A stretch of DNA of 50,107 bases from Basidiobolus meristosporus CBS 931.73. Its lineage: Eukaryota > Fungi > Basidiobolomycota. Under the pieces are notes generated by a model. The model saw only the letters and a list, made by a program, of their open reading frames with translations. It made no database searches and had not been told where the DNA came from. Position 1 is the stretch's first letter. Each line of letters opens with the position of its first letter. Of the stretch, positions 22,444 through 34,133 are shown in pieces. The translations under genes were made by a program, and so were the position numbers. The stretch covers positions 1 to 50,107 of the forward strand of contig MCFE01000645.1 of assembly GCA_002104905.1 (NCBI GenBank). The letters are read 5' to 3'.

Positions 22444-25400
22444 TGTCATAATCAGATGACATCCCTGGTCACCAATGCTCAAGCTAAATCAAGTTTGTGA
22501 AGAAATCCCAGTTCCTTCTAGAAAGTTATACCACATTCTACCAGCTTCTGGAAAGCTCCATATCAACATTACACAATGGAGCATTATATGGAAGCCCCTC
22601 TTTGCAATTAATGTAGATCAATACCATATGTGGTAAGCACATGTCATATGACCTAATCACATGATCATCTGACCCCAGACATATCCCCATGTGATATTCT
22701 AGTCTGTTCTTTAGTATATTTCTATCTTGGCACACTGACTGTGCCTCACCCCAGAACCCCATCAGTATTAGCCAATATATCTTGGCATCTATATTGCCAA
22801 TATGTATATATAGTCCTATCCCCCCTTGTGTATTCCTCCATCTGATAAACACAGGTTTTGAATAAACAGCCTTGCCTTGGAAATCTGCCTTGCCTTGTTG
22901 ATCCATACCTATGTCCTTTCTGGACCTGCCTTGTCTAGCTCTACTCTCCTGCCTTGTGTCTATTCATAACAGTTTTATCAAACTGCTCTTAACATACCTG
23001 TGGATCTTGGCCTTCTATCTTAAGTTCTTGAGAAGAACTTGTAAAGGAATACCTACCATAAGTATTACCCTGAAGCTTTCCCTATTCTTGTCCTCTAAAG
23101 TCAAAGATGCTTTATCATTGTAAAATTCCTGGCCAAAGCTGCATTCACTTTTTTACCCTGCTGGTGTAGTTTACAGTTGTTGCAGTATTGGAAGCTTTAT
23201 TACAATACTCTATCAAAGAACATTAAAGCTAGTGCCTTCTGAAGTGCCACTAACTTATTCAAAGCTGCGGATTATGGCTGAATAGTTGTATTCTTGACAA
23301 ACTACTGGTTTTATAACCTACATATTAGCCAGTAGTATCCAGTATTCCTGAACAAGCTCAAGAAACTTCACCACCTCCTGCTACCCAATCATTTCCAGTC
23401 CAGAGTACAACCTTACAATTATCCTGGCTGCCTTTGCCTAGCTGCAACAAGACAATGCAGATCTCCAAAACACTGTTGCTCAGCCTCAGAGCCAAAATAC
23501 TCATTAGCCTATCCATACTCCCTCAAACCATGATCCCAAGAGCACTTCCACTACTAAGTCCAGTGGCTCCCAAGATGAGTTCCAAGGCTTCATCAACATA
23601 GTTAAACACCACTTGTTGTTACAACCCAATTAGTTCCTAACATAACAAGCAGAAGTTGGATATATCTCAGACCTGCTCACTGGAACTGCCCAGAAATGGT
23701 TCTCCCCTTTGGTGTAAGCCAACTGCCCTCTACTCAGTGACTACCATGCCTTCCTCACAAAAATGGAGCTAACTTTTGGCAACATTGACCAAGCCAAAAC
23801 TGCTTCCAACAAGATCAAGAACTTGAAGTAAGGAAACAGACCTGCATCTGTGTATGCTTCTGAGTTCTGGCTACTAGTCAGTGATTTGGGCCTTTGGGGT
23901 GATGCTGTCCTAATTAGCCAGTTTCAAGATGGACCCAATGATGAAGTCAGTGACCCACTACTCACACTCCCTGAGCCAACTACCTTGAGCAAAGCTATAC
24001 ATCAAGCAATCCAACGTGACAATTGCCTTTTTCAGAAGAAACAGAAGCTCTGAAATACTTATCAGCCAACCTCCTTCCCAGTAATCCAGTCTCCTAGTAC
24101 TAAGCCTGATGATCCTATGCAACTTGACAGTGCCAAATACAAGAAACTTACAAATGAAGAAAGATCTAGTCATCAAGAGGCAAACCTCTGCCTTTGCTGC
24201 AGCCAACTAGGCCCAAAAAAAGTCCAGCTTCCAACTTCTGCAATCAATCATTGAACAGTCTTCTCCAGTGTTGTTGGGAAATGGCAGTGTCCAGTTACAA
24301 TGACAGGCTTGCAACTGGACCCTCCAATGAAAATTCAAAACATTCAAGAAACATCATACACTAACAAATCCATACAATACTTGGAATGCCTGTCAACATT
24401 CATATCCCTGAGTCCAGTCCTGTCCATGTCCTTGCCATCATAGATTCTGGAGCTTTGTCCTGTTTCATTGACCAGTCCTTTGTCCAGAAGCACAAAATCC
24501 CCACTATTCTGAAATCCTGTTCTGTCCAAGCAGAAGTTATTGATGAAAGATCCCTTTCCTCTGGTGCCATTACCCGTGAGACATGTCCACTCCAGCTGTC
24601 CAGTACTGGTCATCATGAAACAATAGCCTTTAACATCATCAACTCTCCCCACTACCCCATAGTCCTTAGAAGCTCATGGCTTAGTCGCAATAACCCAGCT
24701 ATCAACTGGAAGACCAAAATCCTGACATTCCTCAGAGTCTGTTAGGTCAACTCCATGAAAGCACCTGACTTTTCAGGTGAGAGAGTACCATTTGGCTCTA
24801 CCTACAACCTCTGGCAACTTGAGGTGAAAGAACTCTATGGTTATATTTAAGAAAATATCCAGAATGGCTTTATTCAGCACTCTAAGTCCATAGCTGATGC
24901 CCCAATCCTCTTTGTCAAGACAAAAGATGGTACCCTAGGAATGTGTGTAGACTATTGTGCACCAAATAAAATTACAATCAAGAACCAGTACCCTTTGCCC
25001 CATATCAACACCCTGTTGGATCAACTCTCCGTTTCCAAAGTATTTACTAAAATTGACCTCAGAGGAGCTTATAACCTTGTCAGGATAAAGACTGGTAATG
25101 AATGGAAAACTGCCCTCAGAACAAGATATGGTCACTTGGAGTATAAGGTTATGCCATTAGACCTCACCAATGCACCAGCTGTCTTTCAACACCTGATGAA
25201 TAGCATATTCTGTGAGTACCTTGACTAATTTGTGGTTATTTACTGTGATGATATCCTGGTCTACTCCCAGACTCAAGAAGATCATAAATTCCATGTGAAG
25301 AAAGTCTTGACCAAGCTTGAGACTACTGGCTTCTAGGCCAAGCTGAAAAATGGGAGTTTTACCAGAAATAGAAAACCTGATGCCCTGTCCAGAAAGGTGG

Positions 25401-27251
25401 AGTATTCTTCCAGTGTATGGGATGATTCCTGGTGGCAAATGAAAAGCCCTGTAGTCAACAAAAGACATTTTGAGCTCCTTGCAACCCAGTCATCCAGTAT
25501 TATAGCTCCTGTACTCCTTGAGAAAGTCAAGACCAGCCAAGCCACCAACTTCACAGCAGCAACAATCAAGAAATACCTCAAGTCTTCCACTGACCTACCA
25601 CCCAAGTTCCCAAACCACCAGCACCTACATCTAGTCAATGACATCATCTATCACCAGCACCAACTGTTTGTCCCAGACCTTGATACTAAGTTAGATATCA
25701 TCCATTCTTGCCATGATTCAATGGCTGCACAGCATTTTTGTACTGCCAAAACCATGAATGCAATCAAGAGAGACTTTTGGTGGCCCAAGATGATATCTCT
25801 TGTCAAGGAGTACCACCAATCCTGTGATGCATGTAATTGTGCAAAATCTGCCAGACACCAGCCATATGAACTTCTTCAACCCTTACCAATTCCTGACTGG
25901 TAATGAAGGTGAATTTCAATGGACTTCATAACCAGCCTCCCAGAGTCCAACCAATTCAATTCGGTCCTGATACTGGCAGATAGACTCACAAAGATGGCTC
26001 ATGTTATTCCCTGCTCCAAGGGTATAGACACCAAGGAGACTGCCCACTAAGTAATCAAGAACATTTCTGGCTCCATGGTACCCCAAGTGATGTTGCATCT
26101 GATAGAGAACCTGAGTTCAAATCAAAATTCTGGAAACACTTCATGATAAATCTTGGTGTGCAAGTCAAGCTCTCAGCTGCTTTTCATTTTTAGTCAGATG
26201 GTCAGATGAAGAGAATTAATAAGTTCCTTTATCAATACCTCTGGTGCTTTATCAGCTATTGGCAAGATAACTTAATCCAGCTGTTACCACTTGCAGAATT
26301 TGCCTACAACAACTCATGTCATAGTGAAACTGGTCTCACCCCATTCTATGCAAATTATAGTCTTCATCTGTAAAATGATATTCAGATCCCAAAAACCTTA
26401 TAAGTCCCCCAGCAGCTGAACATCCCTCAGCAATTCTAGAAATCCAAAAAATACTCAAGAAACAACTATCCTTAGCCCATGAGGGGTACAAGAAGTTTGC
26501 AGACAATCAATGACAGCCTAGCCCCAGGCTTTATGAAGGAGATTCAGTATGGCTCTTAAGAAGAAACATTGTTACCAGCCTCCCGTATGACAAATTAGAC
26601 TATAAGAAACTATGACCATTCAAGATCTAGATAAAACTTAGTCCTATTGTATACCTACTACAGTTGCAACTAAGTATGAAAATCCATGACACATTCCATG
26701 TATCCTCCCTAGAGCCATTTCATGAAAGACCCTACCCAAACAGCACCCAGCAAATCCCCCAGCCATCAAAGTAGACAAACACCAAGAGTTTGAAGTTAAG
26801 CCAGTACTGGATTCAAAGTACATCAGATCCCCACTTCACTACCTAGTAGACAGTTTGGTTATGACCTAAAAAACTTGCAAGCCAGTAATAAACCCAACAA
26901 ACTGCCAAGATCAAGTTACACTATGACACCAAACGTACCCCAACAGGCCAAAGCCAAAAGCTTGAGGGGAGCCCCTCCAAAGAGGAGAATAGTGTCATGA
27001 TCACATGACATCCCTGGTCTCCAATGCTCAAGGTGAATCAAGTTGGTGAAGACATTCTAGTCCCTTCTACATAGTTCTACCACATTCTAGCAACTTGTGG
27101 AAAGCTCCTAGTTAACATCACAAAATGGAAAATTCTGTGGATGCTACCCTCTGGAATTTATATAGCCCATTACCATGAATGGTAATTGCTTGTCACATGA
27201 CCTAGTCACATGATTGCCTGACCCCTGACATATCCTTATGTGATGTTCCCC
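22444..27251 (+). mobile_element. Chromovirus family C element C1: 5' LTR 22444-23299, gag-PR-RT(part)-IN-chromodomain, PPT, truncated 3' LTR from 26993
   Basis: LAIIDSGALSCFID (PR); MCVDY...YPLP.I..LLDQL...[16 protein letters not shown] (RT); H..H...C..C region; EFEVKPVLDSKYIRSPLHYLV (chromodomain) at ~26785-26850; PPT AGAGGAGAATAG; RNaseH deleted at ~25360. Confidence 0.9.
24276..24320 (+). promoter_or_regulatory. -1 ribosomal frameshift signal at the C1 gag-pol junction
   Basis: G GGA AAT, 6-nt spacer, then stem GTCCAGTTACA/TGCAACTGGAC (1 mismatch). Confidence 0.65.
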
Positions 27252-27300
27252 TATGAAGAATTATTAAGATGATCCCATCAAAAGGCCATCACAAAAACTT
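27252..27300. repeat. Fragment of the ~160-bp family E unit at the C1/C2 junction
   Basis: GATGATCCCATCAAAAGGCCATCACAAA matches ~32708-32740 and ~45770-45800. Confidence 0.55.
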
Positions 27301-30300
27301 CCAAGAGTAGAATGCAACGGGGTGCAACGCATTGTCCTCATCATACTGGGAGGGTATGGCACCAAGGGCAAAATCAGAAGCATCAGTATCCACTATGAAT
27401 TGCTTCTCAAGGTCAGGGTGGGCAAGCAGGGGGGCCTTCAGGAAAGATTTCTTGAGTTGGTTGAATGAGGTGGATTACTCCTCATTCCAGGCAAAAGGTG
27501 TGTTCTTCTGCGTAAGCTTTGTCAGAGGGGTGACTATCTTGGAGTAGCTAGCTATGAACCTGCAATAGAAGTTGGCAAATCCCAGGAAGGATTGTACTTC
27601 CTTGACAGAGCTTAGAGTTTTCCAGGATTGGACTGATTCAACTCTCTTGCGGTCCATTCTTGTTCCCTCAGGGCTGATGAGGTAACCAAGAGATTCCACT
27701 TCTCTCTGGTCATATTCACATTTCTCTAGCTTGGTGTAGAGACCGGCAGAGTCTAGTTTTTGCAATACTTTCTTGACATGTTCATCATGTTCATCTTGGT
27801 TCTTGGAGTATATGGGAATATCATCAAGGTAGATTACCACAAACTAGTCAAGGTATTCACAGAATATGTCATTCACAAGGTGTTGAATCACAGCAGGAGC
27901 ATTGGGGAGGCCTAATGGCATTATTTTTTACTCAAAGTGACCATATCTTGTGCAAAAGGCAGTTTTCCATTCATCACCAGGCTTAATTCTGACAAGATTG
28001 TAAGCTCCTCTCAAGTAAATCTTAGTGAAGACTTGGGCAGCAGATAGCTGATCCAACAGTGTGTTGATCAGGGGCAGGGGGTAGCGGTTCTTGACTGTGA
28101 TCTTATTCAAAGCACAGTATTCCACACACATTCTGAGGGTGCCATCCTTCTTCTTGACAAAGAGGATTGGGGCTCCAGCAGGTGATTTGGAGTGCTGAAT
28201 AAAACCCTTCTGAAGGTTTTCTGGAATATAACCATGGAGTTCTTTCAACTCCAGCTGGGAGAGGTTATATATTGGGCCAAATGAAGGGGCTTTTCCATCT
28301 TCAAGGTCAATAGGGCAGTCATAAGGCTGATGGTAAGGGAGGAGTAGTGCTTTCTTCTTGTCAAAGACATGGGCAAACTCTTGGTACTTGGCTGGTATAT
28401 TTGCTGAGGGGGCTCCTTCAGCTTGCTAAGTATCTTGGGCTGTTAAACTGTTGGCAACAGTCTTTTCATGGTTATCAGTGTCTGGAGATTTCATGGAGTT
28501 GACTTGGTGGGATCTGGTGAATGACAGGATCTTGGATTTCTAATCAATACTTGGATTGTGGTATCTCAGCCATGAGCTTCCAAGCACAATAGGATAGTGT
28601 GGTGAGTTGATGATGTTGAAGGCAATTCTTTCTTGGTGAGCAGTACTGAACAGCTGGAGTAAGCATGTTTCATGGGCAACGGTACCAGAGGAGAGTGATC
28701 TTCCATCAACTTCTACTTGTACTGGACAGGATTTCAAGGTAACCGGAATAGAGTGCTTCTGGACAAAGGCTTGGTCAATGAAACAGGATGAAGCACCGGA
28801 ATCAATCAGGGCTAGGACTGGTACAGGACTGGAGTCAGGGATCTGGATTTTGACAGGCATTCTCAAGGACTGGATAGATTTTGTGGCAAAGGAAGATTCT
28901 TGGATATGCTGGATATTCATGGGTGGGTCCAGTTGCAAGCCTGTCAATGCAACTGGACATTGGAGTTTCCCAACAAATCTGAATCAGGTTGATTACTGGA
29001 GGTCTGCATCAGCTTGAAGCAGGACTTCTTGTAGGGGCAGAACTTGGCAAAGTGACCTGGTTGGTCACAGTATAGACAGAGGTTGGCTTGTTGATGTCTG
29101 GACTTTTCACTCTTTAATAGTTTCTTGTATTTGGTACTATCAATCTGCATAGGATCTTCTGGAGTGACTTGGGGAGCAGGAGGGGTTGGGACTGCAACAA
29201 GAATGTGACTTTGACAGTTCTTTTGCTTCTTCTGGAATAGTCTGTTATCACACCGCATTGCTTGGTGCATAGCTTCAACCAGTGTATCTGGATCTGGGAG
29301 TGCAAGTAGCAGATCAGAAACTTCATTATGGATGCCATCCTGGAATTGGCTAATCAAGGCTGCTTGATGCCAGGAGCTGGGGTCACTGGAGAGTTGTTGG
29401 AATTCTGAGGCATAGACTAATGCTGGCTTGTTCCCTTGTTTAAGTGTCTTGATCTTGTTGGCAGCAGTACTGGCTTAGTCAAAGTTACCAAATGTTAGCT
29501 CCATTTCAGTGAGAAAGGCTTGGTGGTCTCTGAGTAGGGGAGAGTTGGTCTCCACTAATGCAAAACCCACTTGAGAGCTGTACCAGTAAGCAGGTTGGAG
29601 ATGAAGCCAACTTTGTCCTGGTCAGTGGGGTACTGGTTGGACTGGAGTGCAAGATTGTTCTTCACCATGTTGATGAAGCCATGGAATTCATTATGAGAGC
29701 CATTGAACTTGGTAGCAGGAGTATACTTGGGTTCTTGGTAGACTGGGACATGGCTAGTTTGCTGGACACTTTGGCTCTGGAACTGAGTAAGAGTGTTTCT
29801 GAGGTCTGCATGGTCTTGCTGCAGTTGGGTAAAGGCAGCCATGAGCTTGGCAAAGTTCAGCTCTAGGTTGGACATGGTAGAAGAGGAAGGCAGATGAACT
29901 TGCAAGGAATACTGGAATATACTAAACTAGATTGTGGGTTTGTAAAGCCACCAGTATGTCAAGAATACCACTAGTGTGCCACAGTCCCCAACTTAAATAA
30001 GTCAGTGTCACTTCAGAAGGTACTGGTTTTGACATCCTTTGATAGAGTATTGTACTAAAGCTTCCAATACTGTAACAACTGTAAACTCCACCAGCAGGGT
30101 AATAAAGTGAATGCAGCTTTGACCAATAGTTTTACAAAGATAAAGTATCTTTGCCTTTATAGGACAAGACTAGGGAAAGATGATGGGTGATACTGACTGT
30201 GAGTATTCCTTTTGGAAGTTTTCTTAAAACTTTGGGCAGAAGGCAGGGGAAATGGATTGGGTCACCTGATCATGTGACCAAGTCATGTGACCTGCTATTT

Positions 30301-30490
30301 CAATATATGGTACTGGACTATGCATAATACAAGGGGAAGCTTCCATGGAATATTCCATTGTGTACAATGGTTTGGACTGGTCAGGAACTTTCTGGAAGGT
30401 GGTAGAAGGTTCCAGAAGGAATCTCTTAGAAATTGAGCTAGGAAGCTGAAACTTGGCATGGGTATTCATGGTTATCATGTGATCATGCCA
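27301..30490 (-). mobile_element. Chromovirus family C element C2: internally deleted 5' LTR 29957-30490, gag, PR, RT and RH start; 3' part lost
   Basis: ORFs 29555-29905 and 28944-29357 (gag, CLYCDQPGHFAKFC), 28540-28947 (ALIDSGASSCFID), 27928-28248 and 27475-27840 (RT, YLDDI). Confidence 0.9.
28927..28971 (-). promoter_or_regulatory. -1 ribosomal frameshift signal at the C2 gag-pol junction
   Basis: Slippery G GGA AAC in the gag frame (LGNS), spacer TCCAAT, perfect 11-bp stem GTCCAGTTGCA/TGCAACTGGAC. The protease ORF is in the -1 frame. Confidence 0.8.
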
Positions 30491-30690
30491 GTTTGTACCC
30501 TCATAAATATAGTAATTTGGGCTATTTCTTGTCCAATTGTATCTCCAGGCATCTGATACTGGAATGATCACTTCTGGGATATTCCTGGGCACTGATTCAG
30601 GCTGATCCATAGCTGTAGAATCCTCTGGAGTGAATAAATTTGCATTGTTTTACTCAGATTCAATCCTGACAATTGGTGGACTTCAGATCA
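30491..30690 (-). pseudogene. Possible copia integrase-RT linker fragment
   Basis: SDAWRYNWTRNSPNYY resembles a CpG-decayed RRS.R.R.P..Y linker; short and weak. Confidence 0.3.
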
Positions 30691-30692
30691 AA

Positions 30693-30795
30693 CTGGCTAA
30701 GTGATTACTAATCATGGTGTTACAGAAGGTTCTGGAGATCAATAGAAATCTCAATGACCTCAGAATGAGCTAAGAGTACTCCAATTGGGTGCTGG
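30693..30795 (-). mobile_element. Internal fragment of a family A unit, the target of A4
   Basis: ACTGGCTAAGTGATTACTAATCATGGTGTT...GGTGCTGG aligns to A internal sequence ending at A's own GTGCCGG site. Confidence 0.75.
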
Positions 30796-31846
30796 TGTGG
30801 CAGTGTGTAAGTCCAAGGGAGGGATATGCCCAACACTTCTCAAGTGTTTTGTGTGTGGGGTGTTCACTGGGTGTGATAACCTGTGGCAAAAGCTTGCAAG
30901 GAATACTTGGGTTCTGTCTCTGGGCTAATGTGATGGGGAATAATGCCACAGGCTTGTCAAGGGAAAACTATTGAGCTACAATCCCCAACTTAGTTGGCAT
31001 CTTAACAAAAGTATGTGCTGGGTTCAGCATCCTTTGAGATGACAATGTACTAAAGCTTCCAAAGTCAAACAACTATAAACTCCACCATCAGGGACTGGAT
31101 AAGAATGCAGCTGTGGACAATAGTTACAAAGACAGAAAAGTATCTTTGCCTGTACAAGAACAAACTTTGGAAAGAATCAAGTATAGTAAAAGATACCTAC
31201 TCTGAGTATTCCTCACAAGTAGTGCCTCCAAGGTCAGTTGGCTGTCAGCGCAGTTTCCTGGGAGTGTCCGGTGTTCTGGGGTTAGAAGTTCTGGTAGCAG
31301 CAGGTAGCAGTGAACACACTAATCAACAAGTAGGTATTTTGATAAAAGGGATGATTATTTATTGTTGAGGGATAGCCTCCCTTATATACTTTTCTTACTA
31401 GCTGAGTGATTACTAATTATGTTGTTCCAGAAGGTTCTGGAGATCAATAGAAATCTTAATGACATCAGAATGAGCTAAGAGTATTCTAAGTAGGTGCCGG
31501 GGGGTTCTAAGAGGTACAGCTCATCCAATCAATCAGGAAACAGTACTATGAAGCCTGTGTAACATAGGGATGCCATGTATGGTGTGGAAATGGTAAGGAT
31601 GGTGTCACAGCTACTGGTTCAGATACTTACCAAATATAGAAGTACTTACAGCTAGCAATCTTACATAAAGTGAGGGATAACTTATGCAAAAAGGTAAGCA
31701 GATGTGATAGTCAACCAGCTTATAGGATGGTACTGATCAGGTAAGACATATGGGATAAAACTAAAATAAGTGTAGTAGAGAAATAGGGAAGTAAGAATAT
31801 GGGAATGAGCACATCTGTCAGTGGGTGTCACTTTGATCCCACTACA
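30796..31846 (-). mobile_element. Complete family A unit A4
   Basis: Both termini present; flanks CTGG (30792-95) and CCAG (31847-50), i.e. decayed CCGG. Confidence 0.85.
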
Positions 31847-31855
31847 CCAGTCCAG

Positions 31856-32440
31856 TGTGGTGGTGTATAGGTACAAGGGAGAGATACGTCCAACACTTCT
31901 CAAGTGTTTTATGTGTGGGGTGCTCACTGGGTGCAATAAACTCTGGCAAAAGCTTGCTAGGAATACTTGGGTTCTGTCTCTAATCTAATGTGAAAGGGAA
32001 TAAAGCCACAAGCTTGTCAAGGGAAAACTATTGAGCTACAATCCCCAACTTAGTTGGTGTCTTAACAAAAGTATGTGCTGGGTTCAGCATCCTGTGAAAT
32101 GACAATGTACTAAAGCTTCCAAAGTCAAAACAACTGTAAACTCCACCAGCAGGGACTTGATAAGAATGCAGCTGTGGTCAATAGTTACAAAGACAGAAAA
32201 GTATCTTTGCCTGTACAAGAGCAGACCTGGGAAAGAATCAATTATAATAAAAGATACCTACTCTGAGTATTCCTCACTAGTAGCACCTCCAAGGTCAGTT
32301 GGCTGTCAGCACGGTTTCCTGGGAGTGTCCTGTGGTCTGGGGTTGGAATTTCAGGTAGCAGCAGGTAACAGTGATCACACTAATCAACAAGTTGGTATAT
32401 TGATAAAAGGGATGATGATTTATTGTAGAGGGATAGCCTC
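31856..32440 (-). mobile_element. Family A unit A5, 3' half only
   Basis: Starts TGTGGTGGTGTATAGG after flank CCAG; truncated at GGATAGCCTC. Confidence 0.85.
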
Positions 32441-32689
32441 AACCCAGACAAAACCCAATGCCTAGCTCACAAGGGCCATCCGGACTGGAAAAGACAATGT
32501 CAGATCTGTTTGAGTTCTTGCCAAATGATTTTTGTATGGCCCAAGTGTCTATGATGAGCCTTCATACAGCTATTTGGGCACCACTCATTAATCTAGCAGA
32601 ACTAAATACCTCAGAGAGTCAAAAGAGATGGAAGAACCTGAGTAGAAAGCTGTGGCATGAGTTCTACATCAAGATGCCAGTATATGTAT
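32441..32689 (+). pseudogene. Family F gene-2 5' fragment
   Basis: MPSSQGPSGLEKTMSDLFEFLPNDF...LWHEFYIKMP, homologous to 49396-49130 on the minus strand. Confidence 0.8.
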
Positions 32690-32851
32690 TACCATAAAAG
32701 TTATTGTTATAATCCCATCAAAAGACCATCACAAAGTCAAAGTCCCATGACCAAGAGGTACTGATCCCGCCAGGACATTGTCCAGAGACTGAGGAAAATA
32801 ATTGCACCCCAGATTTCACAAAAAAAATAGTCAAAATATTTCCTCACAACA
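32690..32851. repeat. ~160-bp family E unit, possibly a short solo LTR
   Basis: Aligns end to end with 45750-45911 (GAGGTACTGATCC, GCACCCCAGAT.TCACAAA). Ends are compatible with TG...CA. Confidence 0.5.
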
Positions 32852-33204
32852 ATTTATTAGTGGCTTTTGATTGGATCCCTGCCAACTTGCTCACTTTCTA
32901 TTACCATACACTCTATCACCTCCTACATTTGGGTGCATTGATTGAATATTGACTCTTTTTCATACTCCTTACTTCCTGACTCAATCATTTTGCTTACTTT
33001 TCAAATGTACAAGTTAATTTATCTCCGTTGAAACTTCAGTTGTACCTCAATTGCTAATTTTATTGACTTATACAAGTCTTTGTACCTTAGACTGACATTA
33101 AGCCCAACCCCACACTCAAAAAGTAACTCCATTAAATTCCAACAATTGATAAGTATTTCTGCTGTAACACTCTGGGTCCACAGCTTTAGTGGGACCCAAC
33201 AGCT

Positions 33205-33707
33205 GTTATGAATAGACACAAGGCATGAGGAAAAGCTAGGCACAGCAGGAAAGGACTTAGGTGTGGACCATCAAGGCAAGGCTGTTTATTCAAGATCTGT
33301 GTTTATCAGACTAAGGAATACTTAAGGGGGGATAGGACTATATATACTTTTGGGCTATACTGATGCCGAGAGATATTAGCTAATACTAATGGGGTTGTGG
33401 GGTGAGGCACAGCAATGGTGCTGGGGATAATGACATAGATGACACGGCACTGAGACAGGATGGGGAAATGGAATGGGTCACCTGATCATGTGACTAAGTC
33501 ATGTGACCTGGTATTTCCATATATGGTACTGGACTATGAAAAATACGATGGAAAGCTTCCATGGAATGTTCCATTGTGTAACAATGGTTTGGAATGGTCA
33601 GGAACTTTCTGGAAGGTGGTAGAAGGTTCCAGAAGGAATCTCTTAGAAATTGAGCTAGGAAGCTGAAACTTGGCATGGGTGTTCATGGTTATCATGTGAT
33701 CATGACA
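33205..33707 (-). mobile_element. Family C LTR 5' portion (C3)
   Basis: Reverse strand starts TGTCATGATCACATGA and aligns with 22444-22960 and 30240-30490. Confidence 0.8.
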
Positions 33708-34133
33708 ACAGCTTTATGTCACTGTTCATTAACTGGTTCCCACACATCCTGGTCTTCAGCTGGTACTGCAAGTTCTAGCACCTCATCTGCCAGTCTTTGC
33801 CATAAATCATTGTAATATTCCAGTGCATCTTCTTGAGCACTGCTCTTGAAGTAGTGCTGTACCTCTTGGTGTGCCTATTAATGTTCCTAAATTCCACAGA
33901 AGGCATTGTGATAGTCTTTCAAGCTCTTGACATTGTAGCCTTGTCTGTCAGTAGGATCTCCACCCTGTCAACAATGGAGGATGTGGAGGCTGTGGTAGAC
34001 CAATTGCCTTTTTTGCAAACTCATCTACTGTGCTGGACTATAGCTCAACTAGCTGTGCTTCCAACTCTTGTGGAAACAGCTACTTTCTTGTTAATAATTC
34101 TTCTTGGCTATGATAAGATTCAGTCTGTTCCGG

